From Balanoglossus misakiensis (Eukaryota > Animalia > Hemichordata): DNA of 64,000 nucleotides. This document shows positions 48,783 to 63,277 of this stretch, piece after piece (positions within the stretch are counted from its first letter, which is position 1; each line of letters opens with the position of its first letter). The stretch is from NCBI GenBank assembly GCA_040954595.2, contig CM082590.2:1178001-1242000 (forward strand), read 5' to 3'. A model generated the notes under the pieces. That model saw only the letters and a program-made list of their open reading frames with translations. It did no database searches and was not told where the DNA came from. The translations under genes were made by a program, and so were the position numbers.

Positions 48783-51700
48783 ATGCCAGACTTTAGCCCT
48801 GAAGCGTTTATGAAGGAGCCCGATCAAGATGTGTTTGATTCTCTCAGAAAAGAACAGCTTATCATATTAGCACAGTTTCTAAAGGTCCCTGTTAAAAGGT
48901 CTATGAGAAAATTAGAGATACAATACAAGGTAGCGAAATATTTGGTTGATTTGGATGCGTTTGGTGAGACTGCTCTAAAATGTTACGTTTCCGAGTCTAA
49001 AGAAATAGAACTTAAAAAATTAGAAACCCAGTTAGAACTTAAGAGAATTGAACTTCAAATGCAACTTGAAGAGAAGGGGAGAGAAGAAAGATTAGAACTA
49101 CAACGGATGGAATTAGAAATGAAAAGATTAGAGTTAGGTGGTAGGTCAGGTTATCTTGAGACAACTTCAAGTTCGTACAGTTTTGACGTCACAAAACATT
49201 TTAAATTGGTTCCTCATTTCCAGGAGAAAGATGTCGATAAATATTTTCTTCATTTCGAGAAAGTTGCTGAAAGTATGAAGTGGCCTCAAGAATTTTGGTG
49301 CATGCTTTTGCAGAGTGCTTTGGTTGGTAAAGCCAGAGAGGTTTACATACAATTATCAGTTGAGCAAGCTTCTGATTATAACACTGTTAAAGAATTAATA
49401 CTTAAAGTTGGATAATTTTGACCCTGTTTACGCCCTGAATATTTGCCATTATAGATGTCCTTTCAAAGTTTATGAGCAGTATATTGTACGAAACAATCTC
49501 ACATCCAATAAAATCATACACTTTTCATTGAACAATCGTCGGGCCACCGTCGTTTTTCTTCGAGTTTCTTCGGTACACTTCGGTTTCCGAAAATATCCGA
49601 TAAACTATGTCGTCACAAGTAGACTACTTTGGCTGCCGTACCGGTGCGTAACCAAAGCAGGTGTCATAGGAGAGTCGGAAAAAAGATCAAAAAGATGGTG
49701 AAACGTTGCGTAGCAGCAGGCTGCAGTAAGTCGCATGCGGACAAAGTAAGTTTGTTCACTGTTCCAAGAGATAAGGAACTTTGTGAAGCTTGGACCAAAC
49801 AAGTTAAGAAAACGCGCGACAGGTGGTCAGGACCGTCAAGAAGCAGTGTCCTATGTAGTTCTCACTTCGTCCCAGATTCATTTGAAGAGCGATCGCATCT
49901 AATGGCCGAATTCGGGTTTCAGCATAAGAAAAATCTAAAAGAAGGTGCTGTTCCGACTGTTTTCCTCAAGCCATCGTCGAACGCGACTCGGACTATAAAT
50001 TGTGCAGAAGGCTTCAGTGCGCGTCAACGAGATGCCTTTGCCAAAAGAGGAAGACGCAGGGTAAGTTTCTTACATGTACATATTATTATGACGTTTGCCT
50101 ACGATGTCTTAGTTTATGCACGGATGGTTTCAAAAAAAACTCTCGAAACCCATGAAATAAATACTAGCAATGCCGTTGAAAGTGTTTCGGGGCTTGTTTC
50201 TCTTGGTAGGACAACTCTACCCTGCACCGCTTCCCGTGTTTTTTCCTCTAGAAAACGAGGTGACAAGTGTTTCATTTGATGCGCATGCCGCGATTGACAA
50301 GCCTTATCCAGTGAAACCATCTGGCCTTTCACCCTCCACAATACCAATCCATTCAATTGGCATGAAAGTGTGAATTGTAGTTGATCAAAACGTATCATGC
50401 CATATAGGAGTGAAAATCGCTATTGTATAATTCACTTTCCCTCCAGCATTGCTGCCATTAGTGTAGTTGCCAGGACGTTTTCCGCTATCAATTTGCACCT
50501 TATTTGAAACAAAATTCCCCTAGAGTGTGGATAGATTTGCAAACAAATTTGTGCTTATCAAGATTTGACTAATCATGGTTGTGGTGTATACACTTTCCCT
50601 TCCAGTTAGTAGATGACATTATTTTTACGTAGACCATTTGTTCCGTTTTGGAGATCTTGAAAATTATGATGATTACATTTTCCCATTTTGTTTCAGACTG
50701 CTGTTAGCAGCTCTTCACTACAATGAAAACAGCGACAAGTCACAGGCCAAAACCCGAACCGGACAAGCCCGATGCAGTATCGTATATCCAAAGTACAAGA
50801 AGGGTGGTTATATTGTCCGCAACATCCGTGAGAAAAGTACATACGGTATGAATTTAAATGTTGATGAGTGCTGAATAAAACTGCATGTCAATTGCATTTC
50901 TCGAATGTTTCGACAATATACATTAGTTTCGTTCTATCGTTAAACCATTTTGTTGCATAAATCATTACGAACACGTTTTTGGTTTCTTAATTGTTCCAGA
51001 AGAAGCTGACCAACAAATTAGTCAACCAGATTGTTGGTGGAGAACCACGTCTGCTGACAGACAACTCCAGTACGGGTTCCTGCGCCACTTTGTGATGCCT
51101 TTGAACGTCCAAACAAATACCAGGCTATCGCAGAACGAACGTCAAGATTTCGACGATGAACACTCGGACCCAGTCAATATCGATAATACAACACACGCGA
51201 CTAACACGTTGACTTTAGTACATTGAATTCACTTTAATTTCGTTAAAAACAATTCTAGTTGGTTCCGGAAGCTTACCGCCAGAAGTTTCGAGATTGTGAG
51301 AAAGCAAGGGATCAAACTTATGTTGAATTCGCTCGAACAAAAGAGCAGCTGTTTGACCGTTGGTGTTTTTCTGAGAAGGTTGATGATAAATTTGAAAAAC
51401 TACGACAGCTTGTCTTGATTGAAGAGTTTAAAAGATGTATACATGGGGATATCAGAACGTTTATCGGGGAACAAAAAGCAGAAACGTTGGACGTTGCTTC
51501 ACGTTTGGCCGATGATTATTCTTTGATTCATAAAACACAGGTTGTCAACAAACCATCCCAGTCATTTTCATATAGAAATAACACAGGGAAATTTAACTCG
51601 CTGTCTCCAAAAGATAGTCAGTTTTCGTACAAATCAAATAGCAGTTCACAAAGTTCCCGTGTGAACTCAAAGCCTACCGATGTCAAGTCACAAGTTCCCT

Positions 51701-54700
51701 CTACTGGAAGGCATTTTGGTACCATCACTTGTAGTTATTGTAAGAAAGAGGGTCATTTGATATCAGATTGTTTCAAATTGAAAAGAAAACGGGAAAATAA
51801 TCAAAGTGAAGGATACAAGCCAACTGGCTTTATTGCTTCATCATCCAGACTTGAGTCTAATGATATTAATGATGTGGTTAACACATTTTCTGAGGTTGAA
51901 TTTCCAGCCAAGGAAGTCAAGAGTAAATCTCACGATAGCATTATGGGTATTTTCGGACCATTTATTCATGATGGTTTTGTATCACTTTCAAGTGATTTGT
52001 CTTGTGCGACTCCTGTTAAGATTTTAAGAGATACTGGGGCTTCTCAGTCTCTTTTGTTGATAGATACATTGCCGTTTTCTGAAGAGTCGTTTTCAGGTTC
52101 AAACGTTCTTATTAAAGGTGTAGATTCTATTGAGTATACACCTGTTCCACTCCATAACGTGTATTTGTCTTCGGACTTAGTTTCAGGGCCAGTGACTTTG
52201 GGTATTAGGCCTTCTTTACCTTTTGAGGGGATTCACCTTCTTCTTGGAAATGACATTGCGGGGGACAGAGTTGTTACAAATCCACTTGTGACGGACAATC
52301 CTTGTCTTAATCAAGACCAAGATCCAATTGAACAGGAAATTCCTGATTTGTATCCTGCCTGTGCAGTTACTCGAGCTATGTCGAGAAAAACGTCAGATAA
52401 TCTTGATGAGTTTAAAACAAACGTCAAAGACGTTGATTTGACTGACACGTTTCTTAGTCGAGTGTTTGATGCCCAATTACATGAAACTCCATCTGATCAA
52501 AGTGAAATATTTTCTAGGTCACATCTTATTGATGAACAACATAGGGATCTTGAGATTTCATGCTTGTTTGATAGAGTTACTGATGAGACTGATATTTCAG
52601 AGAATTCTGTCTGTTATTATACAAAATCTGTCATACTCATGCGTAAATAGAGACCTCCAGATGTTTTAGTAAGTGATGTTTGGGCAGTGAAACATCAAAT
52701 TGTTGTTCCAAATTCTTACCGTACAGAAATACTCCGCCTTGCCCATGAAACGCCCATGGCTGGTCACCTTGGTATAAGGAAAACATATCACAAAGTTCTT
52801 GGTCATTTTTACTGGCCCGGTATTCGGAAAGATGTTGCACAATTCTGTAAGTCTTGCCACACATGTCAAATGGTAGGGAAGCCAAATCAAACCATTCCAA
52901 AAGCTCCTTTACAGCCAATTCCTGCATTTCATGAACCATTTAGTAGGATACTCATAGATTGTGTGGGCCCCCTACCCAAAACCAGATCAGGAAATCAATA
53001 TATGTTGACAATAATGTGTACAAGTACTCGCTTCCCTGAAGCCATACCTCTCAGAGATATAAAAGCTAGAACTATAGTGAAAGCTTTAGTCAAGTTTTTT
53101 ACACTTGTTGGTCTCCCGAAGTCTGTCCAGTCTGATCAAGGTTCAAATTTCATGTCTGGAATTTTCCAACAAGTCATGGATCAGCTAGGCATTAAGCAGT
53201 ATAGGTCTTCTGCGTATCATCCTGAGAGCCAAGGTGCTCTTGAACGGTTCCATCAAACTTTGAAAAACATGATTAGGGCGTATTGTTTCGACACAGAACA
53301 GCATTGGGATGATGGGATTCATTTTCTTCTATTTGCAGTGCAAGAGTCTGTTCAAGAATCTTTGGGTTTTAGCCCATTTGAACTTGTGTTTGGGCATACT
53401 GTGCGGGGACCACTTAAATTGCTTAAAGAAAAGTTCTTATCAGATGAAAGTGAGAGTTTGAACCTCTTAGAATATGTATCCGATTTTCGTAGCAGACTTT
53501 CTAGGGCGTGTGAATTGGCTAAAGAAAGCCTGAAGTCATCACAAAGGTCTATGAAAGCAAAATATGATAGAAATACTTCCAAACAGAAGTTTGAGTCTGG
53601 CCAAAAGGTGCTAGTTTTCCTTCCGGTTCCCGGAAAGCCCCTCCAAGCCCGCTATTTTGGTCCTTACACCATTGATAAGAAGTTGACTGATCTAAATTAT
53701 GTTGTGGTAACTCCTGACAGGCGTAAACAAAAACAGTTGTGTCATGTAAATATGCTTAAACCCTACATAGAAAGAAATAGGTCCAATACTAAAGTTGCAG
53801 TTGCACAACCTGTCAATGCAGTCAGTTCTAATATTTGTAATGATAGGGAAGTTGATTTGTGTGAAAACATTCTATGTGACCGACTGAGCACAGCCAGACT
53901 CGAAAACTCTGATATTCTCCAAGATATGGACTCCAAGTTGTCACACCTCCATCCGTCACAGCAACAAGATGTGAAAGAACTGATTCACGAATACAGACAT
54001 TTGTTTCTGGATATTCCATCAAGGACAAACACCATTCATCACGATGTTAATGTGGGTAATTCCCGGCCAGTGAAACAACATCCATACAGACTGAATCCCA
54101 GCAAAGCTAAATACCTCCGTGAGGAGGTGGAATATTTGCTTGACAATGACTTCATTGAAAGAAGTAAAAGTAACTGGAGTTCACCCTGCATCCTCGTTCC
54201 CAAACCTGATGGAAGCTGCCGAATGTGCACGGATTATAGAAAGGTCAACGCCCTTACAAAGACAGACTCTTTTCCTATTCCCCGGATTGACGACTGCATT
54301 GATCGAGTGGGGAAAGCCAAGTATGTAACCAAATTTGATCTGCTCAAGGGCTTCTGGCAAGTCCCTCTGACAGATCGTCCCCGAGAAATATCCGCCTTTG
54401 TTACACCCGATGGATTGTTCCAGTACAAAGTGATGCCATTTGGAATGAAAAACTCACCAGCGACATTTCAGCGCATGATGAATGACGTCACATCTGGACT
54501 AGATGGATGCGACGCGTATGTCGACGACGTAGTGATATATTCGGACACCTGGGATGAACACATGAAAATGATGCGAACGTTCTTTGAACGATTAAGTAAA
54601 GCAAAGTTGACTGTCAATTTGACAAAAACTGCTTTTGGTTGCGCACAAGTGACATACCTAGGACACATTGTCGGTCAGGGCGAGGTAAAGCCAATTAACG

Positions 54701-55304
54701 CCAAAGTCAGTGCGATTTCTAATTTTCAACCGCCAAATTGTTAGAAACAGCTGATGCGCTTTCTTGGTATGGCTGGATACTATAGGAAATTCTGTCCAAA
54801 TTTCTCCACCATTTCTGAGCCTTTGACTCGTTTACTCAGAAAGAATACGAAATTCGTTTGGTCAGATCAGTGTCAGCAGTCATTCGACAAGTTGAACGTC
54901 ATACTGAAAAGTGCCCCAGTTCTCTCAGCGCCAAATTTCAATTTTCCATTCAAATTAGCGGCAGACGCAAGTGATGTAGCCGCTGGCGCCGTTTTATTGC
55001 AAGAAGATGATCAGGGAATAGATCATCCTATTTGTTTAACAACTCGCAGAGAAATTACTCTACCATTGAAAAAGAGTGTTTATCATTGTTATTAGCTTTA
55101 CAGCAATTTGAGGTCTATGTGACTGCTTCAAATTTCCCAATAGTTGTCTACATTGATCACAACCCTCTCGTATTTCTGCAAAAAATAAGAGGCAGGAATC
55201 AAAGGTTCTTGAGATGGAGCTTGATGTTGCAGGAATTTAACCTTGACATCAGACATATCAAGGGTAAAGATAATTTAATTGCAGACTGTCTTTCTCGCGT
55301 TTAG
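48783..55304 (+). pseudogene. Gypsy copy 2 gag-pol (gag-PR-IN-RT-RH)
   Basis: ORFs 48783-, 51259-52650, 52687-54744, 54754-55304; TAG stops at 52648-52650 and 54742-54744; private 16-bp deletion in RNase H near 55035. Confidence 0.93.
49408..51256 (+). mobile_element. THAP-transposase (Kolobok/KolobokP-like) deletion fragment in gag, copy 2
   Basis: THAP exon 49695-50060; C-terminal exons 50697-50845 and ~51000-51159; same junctions as copy 1. Confidence 0.7.
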
Positions 55305-55956
55305 AATGCTAAGTATTTGTAAGAGAATTGTAAACATTTTTTTTTTGTAAAAACTTTTCTTTAAGGGGGGGTGTGTGATGATGAGGTCATTTTAGTGTGA
55401 CCTTTACTGGCTAGTAAGATTTCTTTTGTTTAGGGTGACCAGGTGTTGATGAATATTCATTTGATTGACATGTATAAATACACATGTTACCATGTGGTCA
55501 GGTGGCTATTTTTTTCGCTGGACACTGTGCCGGTAACTTCAGTGCTGGGGACTCCATGCTGCTGTTTGGGACCTTTCGCAGGCCGTTTTGTTTGACTTCA
55601 AGGACTTCAGAAGTTGTGAGTGCATGCACACCACTTGGACCTAAACCAGACTTTCCTGCTGTTTTGTTTGACTTCGAGTTGTAAGTACACACCACTCGGA
55701 CCGAAACCAGACTTTCCTGTACGTCGGAAGTCTTTGACTTTACTGGATATTTGCTGCTCGTGTGCTTCACGACTGGAGTCCTAGCTGAGTATACGGAGTG
55801 CTGTGTGTGTTGCTCAGTTTGGTTCGCATTCATTGTTTTATGACCTGTGAATCCCTTTTTTGCCTGCAACTTAATTTTGTTAGTATAGCGAATAGCCATT
55901 AAATACTTTTTATAAAAGGAAAACCACTGACTTCGCCCTTTCTGTCATAACAATAT

Positions 55957-57592
55957 GGAAAGCAGGTCAATGGACACCTGAGGTCACCCAAATATTTGAC
56001 AAAAAATTTTCATTCCTGTTTATGTCATGTGCAACAAATCCTACATTTGCAGCCCTTTCACTTTGCCTACCATTAGGTATGCACGTAATTCATGAATCAA
56101 GCAGGTGTCACAGGTATCCCCCTGTATTTGGCCTTTCATGATAGTTTCATCCCTCCAAATACCAAAGCTGCACCTGTACAACGTGCTGAGATATGGCACT
56201 GTACGACAGAGGTCATCCAAATCACCTTATACATTTGGGCAAAACTGACACTTACATTCGTCCCTGTGGAACAAAAACCACACATATCGCCCTGTTGGTT
56301 AGTGTCCAATTAAATGTACAAAATCAATGACATAGGCAGGTGCAACAGGTGACCCCGCCTTTGGTATATCATTATGGTCCCATCAATATATCCCCCCCCC
56401 CCACCACGCCAAAGCTGCATACATCTGCTGTGGATGCTCACTAAGCAAAAGTAGGTGAAATGTCACATAAGGTCGCCCACAACTTGACAGGAAAATCAGA
56501 CTTCATATTGATCCATGTGCAACAAATACCACGCTAGCATCCCTTTCATTGACCTCACAATTACGCATGCACATAATTGAGTTACGCAGGTGTCACAGGT
56601 GACCCCCGAATCGGGCGTATTATTTTGGTCCCATACAGCTCCATGAAGCTGCGTGCCATGACGGGCGACCTGATAACCCCCACAGCCACCTGCGGGCCGA
56701 ACCCCATACTGAACGTCCAGTTGCAATGTCACGACTGAAGTAGGAACTTTTGAACGGCAACGAACCCTGATCTCTGATTATTGCTGGTAACATACTCCCT
56801 TCGTGCAAGAAAATCACTGGTCTGCTGACGTATTTCGGCCAATTTCCCAAACTACTATCCACTACATGTGACTACCATGCTAATGATGAAACCTCCCACA
56901 ACATTAGCGACTGAGGGTCAAAGTCCGCTGCCGCATTACATTGAATGTTAACCAGTGTAGCCGGGTCTGCGTAGACACATTTGAATGGCAACAGCTAACA
57001 AACTCAGCGTAATTCAATAAAACGCCCTAACACAGCCTGAAGTCCGATAATGTGTTGTGCCAAAATTCATTCCGTGGAAAATAATCACTGGTCTGTTTAC
57101 GTATTTCAGCCGATTTTCCAAGGACTGCTGCAACCCGCCTGCTAATGAGATCTCCACAACATTACGTAATGACGGTCAAAGTCCGATGCCCCAGTGTTCG
57201 TCCTCAGCCCACCAAAAAATGCGAAAAATATTACAAAAATCTTCTTCTCAAAATCGACGTGGCCTAGGACCTTGAAATTTGGCACAGGGGATTTTGGCCA
57301 CATGGTCTACATAAATCGCGAAAAGAATGTACATGCCCCCATTAACGTGCAAATTTGGTCAATTTGAAAATTTCGCTTGATTATAGCCACCAAGTCACGT
57401 GACTAATTACAAATTCAAAGGGCAGGTGCACCAGTACTCATGGGCCCCAACCACCGTGCCAAATTTCATAGGCGTAGGTCCAAGGATTTTTGAGAAAAAC
57501 GGGATAAAAAAAAACGACTCAAGAAGAAAGAAGAAAAACTCCAGCAATAACAGATGGGGACCAAGCACCTGAGGGCGCTTGGTCCCCTAATT
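55957..57592 (-). repeat. Degenerate HINE-like/~240-bp tandem repeat region (the target of the Gypsy insertion)
   Basis: CACCTGAGGTCACCCAAA and CACAGGTGACCCC motifs are inverse matches to the 21500-22200 units; hairpin GGGGACCAAGC..GCTTGGTCCCC at ~57556-57587. Confidence 0.5.
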
Positions 57593-59559
57593 AGCTGGCT
57601 TCAAAGGAAATCCCTGGAGCTGTTTTGTTTTAGGAGGGGGGTCAATTCAGACACTTTAGAGTAGACTTTCAGGTTTTCTCATGTATTAAAACCAAACAAT
57701 GTACATGTTTAGGCCAACCAAGTTCAAACTGCTGAAGAATCACTCCAAAATCAGTTTAAATCAGTCAAAGCAGTTACCTAATAAATCTTTCACTTGTTTA
57801 AAAAATTGGATTTCTCTGCTTGCGATTGCACTAGCTCAACAGAAACAGTTCATGTTATTGTGGGAACAACTGAGTAATGTAATGAAGAGCATTTATAGGA
57901 TGGTAAAGATGGTGATGATAGACAGAGAACAATGGCCCCAATTAGATGCATGTTGTAATTATCCACAGCCCCTAAAATTCTTGGACTCCTTGACTTTCTG
58001 ATGTTGGTGAGTATGGATGACAGAATGTTCAACTGCTTCTTGTCAGTCAACCAAATTGTTTAAAATACATAAACCAGATCTAGGGTAGACCATCACTTCA
58101 CTTCCGTCAGTATTTGCGTATTTTCAATCCTCTAATGTGACATTTACACCAAGTGTTTTTGCTTTTGGTAAATGGCCAGTGAATGAACAGACTGAATTTT
58201 ATGTCATTAGGAAAGTTTTCAGTAGAAATATATCTTGTGTCTTTCATGATGATCAAATTTGTTGCTGGAAACACTAGTAGAAATGTCATATCTGGTTAGG
58301 CTAATCATATCTTTGAAGAGATCAGATATGAACTAATGTGGGTATAGATAAAGACTGGAAATGTGCAAAGTTAATCAATAAATTATTAGTGGGGCAGATA
58401 AACCCCAAATTTTGGCATAATTGTGCACGATTTTAAAGTATGAATGTCTGTTTCTGGTCACTAGAGGGCGCTGTCATTTTGGATCCATATTGGAAAATAT
58501 CCACCATGGGTCAATGCATACCTGTACCAAGTTTCAGGCTTTTAACCCAAAGTGCGCGATTTTTTGGTTAACCGCCCCATATATCACCAAATTCAACTTT
58601 CTTTGAATGCAACTGATCTCTATATAATTGGACTTATTTGTTAAATATTTAAATCAATCACTAATTAACATGACACTAGTAAATGTCTCCCAATATATTC
58701 AGATCTCCGTCAGATAGATATCTGCTCCTCTTTTCTTAAAGTACATGCATTCAATTCAGTGGTATATCCCTAAATAGAAAAAATAACTAAGAAAATTTGC
58801 AGTTTATTGATAATGATTGTTGATGGATGTGCACTGTATGCTGTGTCTCTGAATAAAGTTTAATACGATAAATAAGTGTGAAAACAATACATCTGGTGAG
58901 TTTCATCAAAACTGGCTCAGTATCTCTTGATGTTTAAAGATAATTAAACACCTTCGTTATTTAAAATGGGGCATCTGTATCTTTTTGTTAGACTCTGAAA
59001 ACGGTTTAGTCCAAATCGGTGTGTAATGTCCCAAAACGACCCATAGCAACATGCAAAAAGATCCCGGTGCCCCGTCTTAAAGGTGCAAAATATCCATTAA
59101 TTAACATGACACTGCTAAATGTCTCACAATGCAGTCTGATCCCTGTCGTATCAATATTTCTAGCATGTTCTATCAAATTCGGTACATTTATGTCAGAAAT
59201 ATAGCATTAATTAGAAAAGTTAATGAAATATGCAAATGAATTGTGGCTGAGTTGTAAAGTATTAATGTTATGTATGGTTCAATTGGAGAGTAAAGCGAAT
59301 TTGGTAATGTTAGGCGTTACGATATATTGACTTCCGAGTCGATTGTTTCCGACTGATGATTAAATAATGCAACAGCCACTGCACGTCATGATGGATCCCC
59401 GAAAGGATCCCGATTCTTCGCTCAGATTTAAAAAAAAAGAAAAACTGAATGTCTGTTAGAATATGTCATTGATATGTAACCGTTTATTCAAATTATAGAT
59501 AGTATAGATAGAGTTACAGATTATATAGTGTGACAAAAGATTTCTTATAATTTCAGACG

Positions 59560-61931
59560 TCGTATCATGACTTGTCCCTGAATCCTCTGCATCTGTGTTT
59601 TCTGTGAAATGTAAACGTCGTGCAGCCCTTGATGTTGAATGTTCATTGGCCTATAAGAAAATATTGGAATTACAATATCATACTACATTCAAACCCTGGC
59701 AATAGAGGCACAACAGGCCAGGAAAGCATGACAGCAGTGGAAATAGAATTAATGCAAATCTGAGAAATACAGACTAATAGTCAATGTCAATTGTTAATTT
59801 ATCCCTTGACATATCAGATTGGATATATTTTATCCTCTTATTTTAAATGTTATTTTTCCTTGTGTAATGTTCAGGTGGCAAACTTTTAAGAGATTATTTT
59901 TAGTATTAATTTCATTGTTGTTAAAAGAGGTTAACTTACGGTTGAACTGTTATCAGCCTCTATTTCATTTTTCCACTGTAGTATTTTCGTGTCATGAGAT
60001 TTCTTTATTGAGTCTACCAGGGACCTAGTGGATGTCTTCGAAAGGCAGATACCAAGCTTGTTGAAGCACTGGAAAAGCTGGATGGTAATAAATAATATTG
60101 TATAGAATTACATAAATTTATCACAGCATAGAGGCATTTCATACAGGATTTGTTATAGGCTCATGTTTAACTGCTGATTTAGACATTGTATTTTAAGTGC
60201 TACATGCTTTCATATTTTTAAGGAAGAACTTGTCAGATAATTTTTTAACCCTTGTACATGTACATCCAGACAAAAAAATCAATCGCATTTACTGTCCAGG
60301 TAGCAAATTAAGCAAATGTCAATAAAAACATATCAGTTTATTCCTGCAAAACCAAGACCGATGCTAAAAATGATTATTTTCATAACATCCAGTACATAAA
60401 ATTCATATTTACTCACTTTATCACTACATCCATTTTGCTACATCTGCACGGAGTTAACACCGACTAAAAATTTAATTTTTTGTGGTGTTCTTGCATGCAA
60501 CAATCCCATCAGAATGGAACCAAACCAGGCAACAGAGCATGATGAACCACTCCTGTAACAAGGGAACAGATGTGTTGATTAAATATATAGAAGAAATACT
60601 GACACAGCTTCATTCTCAGTCAAAAATATGCATTCATGTATTTTTAGACTACCAATACCTGGGGTTGTACACCTGTCCTATATTGCTGCATAATGTTTTT
60701 ATTTTAGTACAGTAAGCTGGTAAGCTACAATCAATTGGATTCCCCAGTCACTTTTAGGCATCTCCAGTATGTCATCATAACTATGTGAGTAATAACAAAA
60801 AATGATAGTTCCCTAAATTCAGCAAAAACACTTAATGTAAAAGAAGATTACGTGCTTTGTTTGCCTTGTCACCATGGACGTAATGCAAGCAAGTGTTGCA
60901 GGAACTTCCTTCTTTAGTTGATTTATTACATCTCCCCAACTAAAAGAAGACAAATTTTCAACTGTTACAGGCTTGGCAAGTGGTGTTTCTTTTTTTATGA
61001 GTACTCTCTCATTTCCTTTTTGATCATATTTGCTGCAACTTTGAGTATGGCATTTCTTGCTGGTTTGCTTTTCTTGACCAGGATGTTAAACGCCTGGAGA
61101 TATTGGGATCTCAGCAGTTTCTTAACGACACTCCCACGGTTGGATATAATCTAATAAGAATAAGAAAATAATGAGGTTTTTAATAAAGCTTGAAAGTTAA
61201 TGCATCAGGACAAAACATTCAATGTTTCAAACTCATGTTCAAAACTCAGTGATGAAAAATCTTAAATTCAGAAACTACTGGCTGTCTTTATATTTTTCTC
61301 AAAATTTTTATTCAAATGCAAATATAAGATTGTTTCAAACCAAGTTGATGGGACGATATACAAATGAACACATACAATTTTCTCAACATTTTGGTAAAAA
61401 TTCTTCAATCAGAAGGTAATATTACTGTGACTGTAAAATGTCATAAGTCTTCATCATGGCAGTTAAATAAAATGAGCAAAAAAAGTGAAGAAAATGGTCA
61501 AATAGTAAATTAATAAACTGAATACTGCTAATAATGGTGATTTTTAAAAAGAAATATCTTACCTTGGAAGTAGGTTTCACTATACTTACACCCTTTACTG
61601 GTGTACCAAGTTTCCTTCTCTTTGGTGAAAGACCAATTGGAGACCTGTAACTCTCATCGGGCATTTTTTTTGAGAGCAGAGCTTGCTTGCTCCTGCTGTC
61701 GGAAAAGGCGCGGCTAGTCTCATCATAATTTTTGCCTGATGAGTGTAGCTTTGCCAGAACTCTGGCACAGGGCAAACACAAGTATCGTGGTTTTCCTGGC
61801 GTAAGGATTACATGAAATTCACGTTCAATAACTTCTATGCCCGGTTGGCTGGAGTGGGGCAATTTTGCGTCCACAGATTTTCTTTGTAGAGTTTTTTGTT
61901 TGGGGGCAAATTTAACACCACAATTAATGCA
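59560..61931 (-). pseudogene. Probable Academ-like transposase pseudogene, longest copy
   Basis: Same exons as 41641-43162 plus exon 59940-60077 (LFQCFNKLGICLS..HDTKILQWKNEIE) and one starting ~59651; start codon removed by a ~30-bp deletion, internal TAG near 60439. Confidence 0.5.
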
Positions 61932-62135
61932 GGATGATGGGATTTTGCATGTTAATGACGTTTAATTAGCACTTAAGAAAGCCAGACAGAGACAGACACT
62001 ACCATAAAACCATAAATCAATTAACTTTACTAGAAGTATCCAATATCAAATGTCCAAATTACATGTCAGAAGCTTTGAACATTTTAGTTTAGTTTATTTT
62101 GTATATATTTCACATCGAATATAATTACAGTATAT

Positions 62136-63277
62136 TTGGGTCCCATTGGTATGTACCATGGGACCTTATGGGATCGGTTGCGTCTGTATGTATGTATGGA
62201 TGTATGTATGTATGGATGGATGTATGTCTGTATGTCCGTCCACATCAAAAACTTGAAAACCGCTGCGTGTATCATTTTGATATTTGGTGTGCTGATGCAG
62301 GCTGGGCTGTAGATGGGAGTTTGTTCAAATGAAGTTGTCAATGCCAAAAATATGCAAATTAGTTGGAAAAATGTGAATTTGGTCAAAACTCAGTAACTCA
62401 AGAACTACTGGTCAGATTGCTTTGCAAAGTGGTGTGTATTTACTTTATTGAGTTGTTTTAATTGGGCAGAAACTCCCTCCTGTTATTCACATAAACACAG
62501 CAAATTCCTGAATGATTACATAACTGGCTAAGTTTTAAAGAGGCCAGCTGTTCTATTTAGTGTATGTACAGTACATATGAAATTGGCAGCTTATGGGTCA
62601 GTCAGTGTTTGCCCATTGAGCAAAGTTGAACTTCATTGGAGAAAAGAAGAACCACTCCCGTCGGTCTTAATTTGCATTTTAACACTTTATTTTGCATTTC
62701 AATACTTGATTTAAATATGAGAAAAGCCTAACAGTTTTGTCTCACTGTAGTTAAAGTTTTGGACCTAGAAATATAAATAGTTTGTGTCCATGAGTTTGTA
62801 TTGGGGATGTGTTAGCGCTCTGGGCACCGTACTCCTCACGGGATCTGTTAACGCAGGTCAGCGAAACATGCTCCCCAAGCTTTTGTATCGCCTTCTTTTG
62901 CTGTGATTTGAGAGCTATACAGTTCATCTTGGCATTCATCGTCCCATCAGACGATATTAGATTGCTGTTGGGTCCCATTGGTATGCACCATGGGACCTTA
63001 TGGGATCGTTGCGCCTGTATGTATGGATGGATGGATGGATGGATGTCTGTATGTCCGATTACATAACTGGCTAAGTTTTAAAGAGGCCAGCTGTTCTATT
63101 TAGTGTATGTACAGTACATATGCCATTGGCAGCTTATGGGTCAGTCAGTGTTTGCCCATTGATCTCTCGCTATATGTGTGTGTCTGTCTGTCTGTCTGTA
63201 TATGGCCATGTACTCCGGTGTAGACTTTTTCTTGTGTAATCACTCAATGGGACCACCGTGTCCTTGACGCGATTTTT
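62136..63277 (+). mobile_element. HINE/DINE-1-like element(s) with two 5' ends (62136, ~62968); also at 38621-39380 and inverted at ~40058-41412
   Basis: GGGTCCCATTGG..CCATGGGACC hairpin, GTAT/GGAT microsatellite, 3' AATGGGACC..GTGTCCTTGACGC + T tract. Confidence 0.65.

Larger units (their letters stand above)
48103..55952 (+). mobile_element. Gypsy Gmr1-like LTR retrotransposon, copy 2, both LTRs present, defective
   Basis: 579-bp LTRs 48103-48681 and 55374-55952 (TGTGATGA..TCATAACA); TSD ATAT (48099-48102, 55953-55956); PBS-Pro 48687-48703; PPT 55363-55371. Confidence 0.97.
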
